A program made the position numbers and the translations under genes. From Psilocybe cubensis (taxonomy: Eukaryota), in the NCBI GenBank assembly GCA_017499595.2, contig CM039003.1, positions 2,108,001-2,172,000 of the forward strand: a DNA stretch of 64,000 nucleotides, written 5' to 3'. Of this stretch, positions 53,421 to 64,000 are shown one piece after another. Position 1 is the stretch's first letter; each line of letters begins with the position of its first letter. The notes under the pieces were generated by a model, which made no database searches, was not told the DNA's origin, and was given only the letters and a program-made list of their open reading frames with translations.

Positions 53421-55055
53421 ATGTCGCCCACAACCACCAATTTCTATTATCCTAAAGGCATACACTCGCTACCAATCGAATTGTTATCTTCCATATTCGT
53501 GTTTGGCGCCGGGTTCGATAATTATGCCGACTCACCATTTCTACTCAAACCGGAGAAGGAGTATGAACCAGTTCCGTCATCAGATTTCCAGGTTGTCGTA
53601 TCTCATGTTTGTCATCACTGGCGCGAAGTCGCCTTAAGTACGCAGTCATTGTGGACGACTTTGCATTTTGGACATCCGTCCCACATTCCCCGCGCCAAAG
53701 CGTATCTCGCACGGTGTTCCAATTCAGCAACTGGTTTGCTGGATATTCTTGTCAATACAGTGTCATACGAAACACACGCACGAGATCCACTCCGCACACT
53801 CTATGATTCCGCACTTATCGACATATTCGAGCTTATTGTGCCCCATGTCAAAAGATGGCGCGCGTTTCACCTTAAAATATCTGACCATAATTGCAAAGGT
53901 ACTGCCAGGCGTTTTCTCAGCAGCTGTGGGCCTGCCCCAAATCTTGAAACTCTACAGCTCTACCATTTTGAAGACTTTCGGACATCACAGCGACTCTTCG
54001 AAGCCATCCAAAAGCCTCCAGTGACCATTTTTAGTAACGACTTGCCTCGCTTGAGGAACGTTTCTTTAATCGGAGTCAATCTAGGATGGGATAGTAGCCC
54101 TTACCTATCCAACCTAAGGACACTGGAGCTTGCACTACATTCTGAAAATGTTCGACCCTTCTACGTGAGCTGGGATCGTATACTCCAGTCGAGTCCAGGA
54201 TTGCAGACACTCTGCCTCCACTACTCTGGTCCCAAGGCTACGACGGACGACCCGAGCTCTCAATGGCCCAATGCGGACCAAAAAATTCAATTGAAAGTAT
54301 TGAAGGAGCTTAGTTTAACCTCTCTCGATCCCGATTATCTCTACGATTTAGTCCAGAGGTTATACTTTCCAAATCTTCAAGTATTGACGTTGGATTTGCC
54401 TGACCTTGAGTACACATCCTTCATCACATTGTTGGCAAACCCGGGAATATCACACATAGTGACTGGGACGTCGACATACATTTGCCCTGTGCCCCCAATG
54501 GGATCCCTACACAACCTTCAGACCCTTGTAATACGCGCTCTAGATTGTTCACTAAAGAGCTGGATAGAATTCCTGCACTCAATGCCTGAATTACGCAATT
54601 TGCAAGTTGATTTCGGCCGTGTAGGGGACCGCGCTTTGTTTTGGTCGGTGTTCACCCAACCAAGTACGGCTCCTGCTTCTGGAAGAGAATTTTCTGCGAA
54701 AGGACGTTGTGTTCATGCGGGGATTGTTCTGCCACGACTGGAAAGGTTTAAGTTTGGGGGGATTTTGGGACGAGATATTATTGCCGCATTGGCATATCGA
54801 TACAAGAATCGAACCAAACTCACTCCTAGCAATCAAATATGGATTATTGGCTGGAATGGACATGTCAAAGCAGATATTGAGCGGGAGAGTCTGATTGAGA
54901 GAGGTTTTTGGATGCCCGACGATGAGGACAAAGAAGAGGCAAAAATAATCATTAGGAAATATGACGACCCGGAGGAGGAGGAAATTGAAAGCATCGACGA
55001 GGGATATGGAGAAGAAGAAGAAGAAGAAGAAGAAGAGGAGATATTCGAGGATTAA
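53421..55055 (+). CDS. Agaricomycete-type F-box-like/LRR protein with acidic tail
   Basis: Single long ORF: IHSLPIELLSSIF...VSHVCHHWREVALSTQSLWTTL, LRR-like repeats and a poly-E end encoded by (GAA)n. The start codon choice is uncertain. Confidence 0.8.
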   Translation: MSPTTTNFYYPKGIHSLPIELLSSIFVFGAGFDNYADSPFLLKPEKEYEPVPSSDFQVVVSHVCHHWREVALSTQSLWTTLHFGHPSHIPRAKAYLARCSNSATGLLDILVNTVSYETHARDPLRTLYDSALIDIFELIVPHVKRWRAFHLKISDHNCKGTARRFLSSCGPAPNLETLQLYHFEDFRTSQRLFEAIQKPPVTIFSNDLPRLRNVSLIGVNLGWDSSPYLSNLRTLELALHSENVRPFYVSWDRILQSSPGLQTLCLHYSGPKATTDDPSSQWPNADQKIQLKVLKELSLTSLDPDYLYDLVQRLYFPNLQVLTLDLPDLEYTSFITLLANPGISHIVTGTSTYICPVPPMGSLHNLQTLVIRALDCSLKSWIEFLHSMPELRNLQVDFGRVGDRALFWSVFTQPSTAPASGREFSAKGRCVHAGIVLPRLERFKFGGILGRDIIAALAYRYKNRTKLTPSNQIWIIGWNGHVKADIERESLIERGFWMPDDEDKEEAKIIIRKYDDPEEEEIESIDEGYGEEEEEEEEEEIFED

Positions 55056-55541
55056 ATGGAACTCAATTTACATTCTTGCCGCCCTTTTGGACTCTTTTTT
55101 GACTTTTTTTGATGACTTTACTTTTCTGCATTTGCTGTATATTATGGCAATAACTTCATCAAGTTGCATATCATGTCAGACTGCTTTGAAGCGGGGAGGA
55201 GGAAACCGTGCTTTTGGTAGATAATATGCATCATATCTACCATCCCTTGCCAGACGCCATCAGTGATCACTGACCCGTCGAGATAAGATATATGTAATGT
55301 CACGTGTGAGACGACTGTAGAAAGTTTTGAATTTGCAAAGTTAAAATAACTGCCGTACTCAGGCGTTGACTCCAGCTGTTGCTTTTTCACCGTTCGACTC
55401 GACCGCGCTCAAATTATATCTTAGTTGGTCCCCAAAGACAAGCCAGACCAAATCTGATTGTAAGCACAATCTACTGAAAAAGACCGCACCTTCGGCCGAT
55501 CGCTGCTCCATGCTTTGCAACTAGTTTCCTCCCAACTCAAA

Positions 55542-58500
55542 ATGGCATTCGCAAGTGCTATTCATGACCCACTCTCGATAAACCTAGGGCGCCAAAGAGA
55601 CGCACTACTATCATGCATCCCTAAAAATTCCAACTATCATGACGCCCTAAAACATGCAAATGCAACACGAGAGCTTCTCTCAATATTGTCCTCTCTTCTA
55701 GCTGTACCAGCATTCACTAAACTGGTTGCCGTTTATTTTCGGCCAATCTTGATAGATCTCTGTGCACGGTGGTTAGAGAGTGAAGATAATGTAGAAAACC
55801 ATTTTGTAACTTTATGCTATCTTCTTGAAGTCCATGAAGAACTTTTCCCGTACGTTCATATCCTTTGTTCTTGTTCATCGCGCTCACTTGTTTCAGTGTA
55901 TTGAACCAACTATTACTCAAGTACTATAAGAATGGTCCTCTTGCTTATATTGACGGAACACTATCCCCTCTTTCGATCAATACTACGCGATTGCAACGCC
56001 TGCTTCTTGCTTATTACCGACTTCTGCAAGCCAATCGAGAACTTCCTCGTCATCTTGGATGGTCTTTGGCCCCACTGTCGACCATAGTATGGACACCACA
56101 TCTCGATAACGCGGCCCGACTGTTGTCCATACGATGTTATTCTCTTCAAAGCGGGATGGGTGAAGAAGAGAGATGCAAATTAGAACGCGAAATTCTTGGC
56201 GAACCCTGTGGTGTTGACTGTCCGCTTAATTACGGCCAAGAATTAGATGGAACCAACAAAGAGGTCGATGGATGGGTTATTCCCGCGGTAGAAGTCAAGA
56301 GGGTGCAAGAAGAACGGGATAGCATTGCTACTACATCCCAAGACTATTATTCACGAGAAAATTCAGAGAGTGTATACACTTTTGACACGGCTGATTTAAG
56401 GTATGATTAATTTCCAGAATATCTGAGAATGTTTTAAAAGTTTTATTAGCCCCCTGATCGTCGATATTCACGGTGTTCTTTTACTGCGATCTTCGTCTTC
56501 ATCAATAATCAATGGGCCTCTAATCCCAACACCATCCTCGATAAATTCACTCCGTCAAATCGCACTTCATATATCTTCGCGATTACCGACACTTCTAACT
56601 TCACCTCCTTCTGCAGGAAAAGCCCTACTTATTTCTCACATTGCTAAATTACTCCATCCCCAAAGTCAAAACCAGATTGTGACGATACATCTTGCAGATA
56701 CTTCTTTGGACCCTCGAGCCCTATTAGGATCATATGTGTCCTCAGCAGTCCATCCTGGGACTTTTGAATGGAAGGAAGGCGTTTTGGTTCGCTCCATGAG
56801 AGAAGGCAAATGGGTTGTGTTAGAAGACATAGACCAAGGGAGCAATGAGGTCCTTGCGGTGATCAAACCCCTTGTCGAATCTTTAACCATTTGTAAATGG
56901 ATAGGCGGTCGAGCACAACTAGATGTTCCCGGTCAAGGCAGGGTTGTTGCCCATTACGATTTTATGCTTTTCGGGACACGGTCCCTTCAACCGTCAAGGG
57001 CTGGACGCTTCCAACCTCCAGCCTTCTTTGGGTCACATAGATTCTCCGAGGTAATCATTGAATCTCCAACCTTTGACGAATTGCAAACTATCATCAGCGC
57101 GAAATTTCCACGCTTGGCTGGCAGTCCTGCCCGCGTTATAATCGAACTTTGGGACTCAATAAAGAAACTCAGCACACATAACTCAAGTCGTGACGTAGGC
57201 TTGCGAGAATTGCAAAGGTTTTGCCACAGAATTGATAGTCTATTACCACCTTCCTACCAACCGATGGACATCGCTTGGGATGGCCAGAATACCTTTTCAC
57301 TTGCCGACATATTTCCCAATATATCTCTCAGGGAAGATATCTACCTCGATGCCCGTGATGTGTTTTTCGGTGCAGGGACATTGACTGCGTCATCTCTTGC
57401 GCATTCAAAACTCGTCGCTCAAACAATAGGCGATCGCCTTGGCCTTGATACTGACCGCCAACAGTGGGTCCTTGCAGGCAAAGTATCGGAACTTGAGATG
57501 GAAACAGATGCAAATGGCCAGACCTTGGCTATCCGTCTGGGAAGAACCCGCCTTCCTGCTCGAGCCAATAAACAACAAATTTGGCAACCTGATGCGCGGC
57601 CATTTGCTCTGCACAAACCCGCTTTAGCATTACTCTCTCGTATTGGGAAAGCTGTTTCTCACAACGAACCGGTTTTGTTGACGGGAGAGACTGGTACAGG
57701 CAAAACAAGCGTTATTTCATATCTTGCCACTTTGTTACACCGTCCTCTTATATCTCTCAATCTTTCGCACCAGACAGAATCTTCTGATCTTATTGGTGGT
57801 TTGAAACCTATAGACGCTCGAATTCCAGGTTCTGTTTTGCAGGAGAAGTTTATTCAATTGTTCGGGTCGACTTTCAGCATTCGGAAAAATGCTGCTTTCG
57901 AAGCGGAAGTCAGAAAGTCGGTCAATGAATGCAAGTGGAAAAGAGCAGTGGGTTTATGGAAAGAAAGTGTGCGGATGGCCATCGAGAGAATTCATGCTAA
58001 AAAAACAGAAGATACCCGGTATCAATCTTCATTTTATCGACTTTTAACAGCTTGTTGACTGGTTTCGCAGTTTACCAGAAGCTTTGGACAATGATGCACC
58101 TCGGAAGCGTCGAAAAACACATGCTTATGAACCAAAGTCATCCGAATATGCCTGGTCGACATTTCTTCATGATGTTGAAGAGTTTGAGGTGCAGCATGTT
58201 CATGGAAAGGGAAAATTTGCTTTCGGGTTTGTTGAAGGGCCTCTCATAAAGGCGTTAAGGAGCGGTGATTGGTATGTTGAGGTTAGGTAATCTTTGTTTG
58301 ACTGACATTCAATCAACTTTTGATAGGGTCTTATTGGATGAGGTGAACCTTGCGAGCCCAGAAACTTTGGAATGTATATCAGGTCTCCTGCATGGCCCAA
58401 CATCATCCATCACCCTGACCGAACATGGTTCCCTGGAACCCGTCCCTCGCCATCCTGACTTTCGCTTGTTTGCCTGTATGAATCCCGCTACAGACGTTGG

Positions 58501-61500
58501 CAAAAAAGATCTTCCTCCCACAATTCGATCGCGCTTCACAGAAATTGATGTACCTCCTCCTGATGCAGATAAAGAAACATTGTTGAGCATCATTGCGCAG
58601 TACATTGGACACATCGCTGTTGGTGATAAAAGGATCATTATGGACATAGCGGAATTTTATACAGCTGTGAAAGAGGTTGCAGAGAGTAGGCAAATAGCCG
58701 ATGGCGCCAACCATCGTCCGCATTTCAGTATGCGCACGTTAGTACGTGCCCTTACTTTCGCCGCCGACACAGCTAGCAAGTATAGCTTGCGTCGTTCTGT
58801 TTGGGAAGGTTGCCTCATGGCATTCACAATGGCCTTGGACGGCGAAAGTGCTAAAGTTGTCACTGCATTGGCCCATAAATATCTTTTATCGGTTGTCAAA
58901 AACTTCCGCTCAGTCCTCGCAAAAGATCCAGCGCCTCCGTCCGATGGTATATTTATCAAGCTTGGGCCGTTTTATCTTGAAAAAGGACCCTTGGAGGACG
59001 ACTTGGTGGAAGAATACATCATCACCCCATCCGTTGAGCAAAAGCTCATAGATCTCTCACGGATTATCTTGACCCGTCGATTCCCTGTTTTAATCGAAGG
59101 ACCAACATCTAGTGGTAAAACCAGCTCCATTGAATACTTAGCAAAACGTACGGGTCACCGTTTTGTTCGTATCAACAATCACGAGCACACAGATATCCAA
59201 GAGTATCTGGGGTCATATGTATCAGATCCGTTCACAGGGAAACTTATCTTCAAGGATGGGCTTCTGGTCCAAGCCCTTCGCCACGGATACTGGATCGTTT
59301 TAGATGAATTAAATCTTGCCCCAACTGACGTACTGGAAGCTTTAAATCGGTTGCTGGACGATAATCGTGAGCTAGTAATACCTGAAACGCAGGAGGTTGT
59401 TCACCCTCACCCACACTTCATGCTCTTCGCTACTCAAAACCCCCCTGGACTTTACGCTGGTAGAAAGATCCTTTCGCGGGCGTTCCGTAACAGATTCCTT
59501 GAGGTCCACTTTGAAGACGTACCTCAGATCGAACTGGAGACAATTCTGTGTCAGAGATGCCGGATCGCTCCCTCTTACGGCAAGAAAATTGTCAACGTCT
59601 TCCACGAGCTGCAAAAACGTAGACAAACAAGTCGGGTTTTTGAGAGTAAACAAGGTTTTGCGACTCTGCGCGATTTATTCCGTTGGGCAGGCCGTGATGC
59701 AGTTGGCTATCAAGAATTGGCCGAGAATGGATATATGTTGCTCGCAGAGCGTGCCCGGCGTCCGGAAGACAAAATTGTCGTGAAAGAGGTCATTGAAACG
59801 ATCATGAAAGTCAAGATAGATGAAGACATGATGTACAACCTTTTCCGCGCAGACATCGATATGAGCACATATCTTGGACATCCAGTACCCGCCACTCCAA
59901 GTATCACCTGGACCAAAGCAATGCAACGTTTGTATATTTTGGTGTGTCGTGGGTTAAAGTTCAACGAGCCTATTTTGTTGGTCGGAGAAACAGGTTCAGG
60001 CAAAACATCTGTATGCCAGGTATTCGCAGATGCGTCTTCACAGCGCCTTCTTGCTCTTAATTGCCACCAAAATACTGAAACCGCTGACCTTATCGGTGGA
60101 CTTCGACCTGTGCGAAACCGTAGTGCATTGCAAGCAGAAGCCGTGCGTCAGGTGTCATTGATACTCAACGCATATGGCATCAACGATGTACCGTCAAGCG
60201 TGGAAGGACTGGCCAAATCTTTGTCTTCGATCATGAAAAACATTCATGAATCAGATTCTCATTCCCGGCATCGGCTACAAGTTGCCCATCAACAGTTATT
60301 ACAGCTCAATTCCATTTTTGAGTGGCACGATGGCCCCTTGATTGAAGCAATGAACGAGGGTGATGTTTTTCTCTTAGATGAAATATCACTCGCCGACGAT
60401 TCCGTTCTTGAGCGTCTCAACAGTGTCCTTGAACCTGGACGGTCGATTGTCCTGGCAGAACGAGGTGGGACAAATCTTGAACAAGCTGCAGTCCGTGCGT
60501 CAGATTCCTTTAAGCTCTTGGCGACTATGAACCCCGGTGGGGATTATGGCAAGAAAGAGCTGTCACCTGCACTTCGCAATCGCTTTACAGAAATATGGGT
60601 TCCGTCTGTTGATGATCGTGATGACCTGGAACTCATTGTTGGGAGTCTGTGGTCTTGCACATCTCTTCAATCGTACACTACTTGTCTTCTGGACTTCGTC
60701 GAATGGTTGTGCTCCCGGGTTGGTGACCGTTCCTTGATGAGCTTGCGAGACATTCTGGTGTGTTCTGGTATTCTAACTCCGTTACCTTTCTCTTAACACT
60801 TTTTGCAGGCATGGGTTGTGTTCACTAATTCAGCATATAAGGAGAATCAGACGGAGGGGCTTCAGAGTGATGAATTATTTGTACGCCAATTCTGTCCTTC
60901 TTTCCCAACTCCTCTGAAATGATAAAATAGCATCACGCAGCCCACATGACTTATTTAGACGGCCTGAGCTCACTTCCTCAGCTTGCAGCCTACTCTCGAG
61001 AAGCAATGAAACGATTGAGGTCAGATGCAATTGCTAAACTTCAAGAGATTGTCCCTTTGCATCAACCACTTGGTTCAGCTGTGCAAACCTTTGACTCTAC
61101 AAAATTCATCCAGCTTGGTTCTTTTGCCATTGAAAAGGGAAAAAACGCTCAGATGTGTCAGTCATTCAATCTTAATGCCCCGACTACGATGCACAATGCC
61201 ATGCGCGTAGTCAGAGCTTGCCAAGTCCCAAAACCTATTCTGCTGGAGGGAAGCCCTGGCGTAGGGAAAACAAGTTTAATCACTGCCTTGGCTCAACTTA
61301 CTGGGCACACATTATGCCGAATCAATTTATCTGACCAGACCGACCTCATTGATTTATTTGGTTCAGATTTACCTGTGGAAGGTGGTTCTGCAGGCGAGTT
61401 TGCTTGGAAAGATGCTGAATTCTTGAGGGCCCTGCAGGAAGGGCATTGGGTTCTACTCGACGAGATGAATTTAGCTCCTCAGGCTGTGCTTGAAGGTCTC

Positions 61501-64000
61501 AACGCAGTTTTGGATCATCGTGGGACAGTGTATATACCAGAACTCAATCGCTCGTTCCAACGACATCCATCTTTCCGCATATTTGCTGCTCAGAACCCTT
61601 TACATCAAGGAGGAGGCAGAAAGGGTCTTCCAAAATCTTTCGTTAACCGCTTCAGTAAAGTCTACGTCGAAGAATTAACGCCAGCAGATTTATATACCGT
61701 ATGTTCACACATCTTTCCCGATCTTGGCGAATCTACCCTGCAAGCTATGATCTCGTTCAACCTCCATTTAAATGACTCTGTCACAGTGCAACGTTTGTTT
61801 GCTCAGGATGGTTCCCCTTGGGAATTCAATTTACGTGACATCATTCGTTGGGGCACACTCACATCACATTCTCACCACACACCGTTGGCCTTTTTACGCA
61901 GCATATATCTTCACCGATTCCGCTCAATAAAAGATCGGCAGAATGCATGTAGCATCTTTAACAAGGTATTCTCTGTGAATACAAATGAGCTAGAAAACTC
62001 TCCTCCCTGGATGGTGTCTGCTTCGGAAATGCGAATCGGTCATTTCCAAACCACAAGACATAACAAGGGGCCGATGTCTCGTCCAACTCGTTTTTTGAAA
62101 TCACAACTTTCTGCATTGGAGGCTCTTGGAAACTGCGTTTCACAGTCTTGGCTAGCAATTTTGACCGGGCCAAAATATAGTGGAAAGTCTAGCATCGTTC
62201 GCACCCTCGCCAATTATTCTGGACACCGGTTGTGCGAAGTTTTTGTAAACAGCGCTACAGACACGATGGACATTCTAGGAAGCTTTGAACAAGTTGACCT
62301 GCGTCGGCGCCTGACCACTTTGCTCGACGATCTTGTTGACGTTATCGACATTGATATTCGCTCGATTGCAGGGTCCAAGGTATTATCTAAATACCGACAC
62401 GAGGCTTGTGATTTGCGAAATTCTTGCTATACTACTTCAGATCAAGATTTTCAAAGATTGTACCAAAAGGTGGAAACTTTTATTTCCCGGTTGGTTGCCT
62501 TGGGGCCGCCCTCAATAAACCAGTACAAGCGTATTTTTACCTCACTTGCCGACCTTTCTTCTTTTTCCAGTATCGGCCAATTTGAGTGGGTAGACGGCCC
62601 TCTTATCAAAGCTATGAAATCCGGAGATTGGATTATGCTCGATGGCGCAAACCTCTGCGGACCCTCTGTTCTGGACCGTTTGAATTCTTTGTGTGAAATG
62701 AACGGTTTTCTTACACTCAGTGAACGAGGATTTGTCAATGGTGAAGTCCAGGTTGTCAAGCCGCACCCAAATTTCCGGCTATTTATGTCTGTTGACCCCC
62801 ATTACGGAGAGCTCTCTCGAGCAATGCGAAACAGAGGCATAGAAATTGCTCTCATTGATGGCCCCATCTCGGATGATCAACAGATTCTCCAAGATCATTA
62901 TCGGCTTCCTCGTGTTTTACCCGCCGCCTCTTCAGGGGGTTATATCTCCCAAATTACTTTGTTTGATGCTGTTCGACGCGGCCTTTTACAGGCTGAAGTG
63001 GAAAGGTCACCACTCTTGACATCCACAGGACGGTGCCTCGACCAAGACTCTGCACTTTCGAATTTGCTTGATCAAGCTCCGAATCTCATATTTTCTTCAC
63101 TCCCAATCAACGTTGAAGTACCGTGGATTCCCTTCCTCTCGCGTACATTAGTGCCGGCCTACATACCTTATGTATTGCGATACGTCTCTCATTCTCGGTA
63201 TCAAATGTCCTGTCAACCCATTTTAGTCGACTTCCTCGAAGCATTCCCTCAGCAAGAATTGCGCCATGCTCTTGCGAATATTCGAACATTTTATTTACAA
63301 CGAAAACAAACTTCGGATGCGTTTTTATTGGCACAGGTTGGAATTACTTCTAATTTGCGCGATATCTTCTCATATAGCCTCTTTTCTTTAGCCTATGGAT
63401 TTCTTTTGGATAGAAGGCACTTCGTTCGAAAAGTCGTTTGGAACCCACGGGGAAACGTTGCGTTCCTTGACTTTCGAAATTCTTAGTCTCAGTGCCGTAC
63501 TATTCATTTCTAAGCGAGAAAACCTTGTTGAGATGGACGAAAGAATTCCCCAGAAAGAGAAAAATATTCAAGCACATCACAGTGTGCTAAAGCTTTCACA
63601 ATATATGATCGACATCTCAGAGCACATAATAAAAAGTGCCTCTGTCATGGACTCCGGCGTGGTGGGTTCTAGCATTAACATTACGCTCTCATGACTAACG
63701 TATGACTCTAGGATTCAGTAAAACTGGCGTCTAAAATACTGGGCTATAGAACACATCTCATAGCTGCCCTCAATTCCTCCGCCTACGATTTTTCTGCCCT
63801 GTATGCTGTGTCGAATTGGCTGCTTGATAACCTCAGCAAATCCCCTCCAACATTCGATTTGTTACTTCAGGAATCTCAAACTCTCCACTCTATTGTCTCC
63901 CTCTCCTCGGGGCGTGGTTTGTTTAATTTATGGTCGAACATGTATATTGAGGAAATGTCTGGGACTATTCTCCAAGATGTTAGGCGTACTGATGAAATGG
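55542..64000 (+). CDS. MDN1: Midasin (dynein-related AAA ATPase for 60S export), 5' part; runs off the window
   Basis: Six consecutive AAA modules (GETGTGKT, GPTSSGKT, GETGSGKT, GSPGVGKT and others) with repeated FEWxDGPL, LDE(V/L/M)NLA and MNP...GKKELS motifs. Confidence 0.96.

Overview
Gene-dense, intron-rich fungal chromosome segment, most likely a wood- or litter-decaying agaricomycete. Evidence: short GT-AG introns with CTRAY branch points, AA9-CBM1 genes and agaricomycete-type F-box genes. About 26 protein-coding genes can be built from spliced ORF fragments. They include EFL1/RIA1, two tandem CDC25-like Ras GEFs, an RS-rich protein, DAD1, PKC1, endosulfine, POL12, a CobW/ZNG1 GTPase, a STYX-like phosphatase, HUT1, a CAMK-like kinase, SSR4, two F-box genes, POA1, three tandem AA9 LPMO genes, VPS37, RRP40, EAF6, RPT5 and the 5' part of midasin (MDN1/REA1). 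The most unusual part is 37.5-47.3 kb. (i) One of the three AA9 genes has lost its histidine brace (mature N-terminal Lys, His->Asn, His->Gln) and lacks CBM1, while its two neighbours are canonical. (ii) The POA1-AA9 intergenic region is tandemly duplicated, with collapsed gene remnants at the junction. (iii) Each duplicate hides a spliced small secreted-peptide-like gene with no ATG. In one copy a single intron has been multiplied into six by tandem duplication. All exon boundaries were inferred by eye; no database searches were run.
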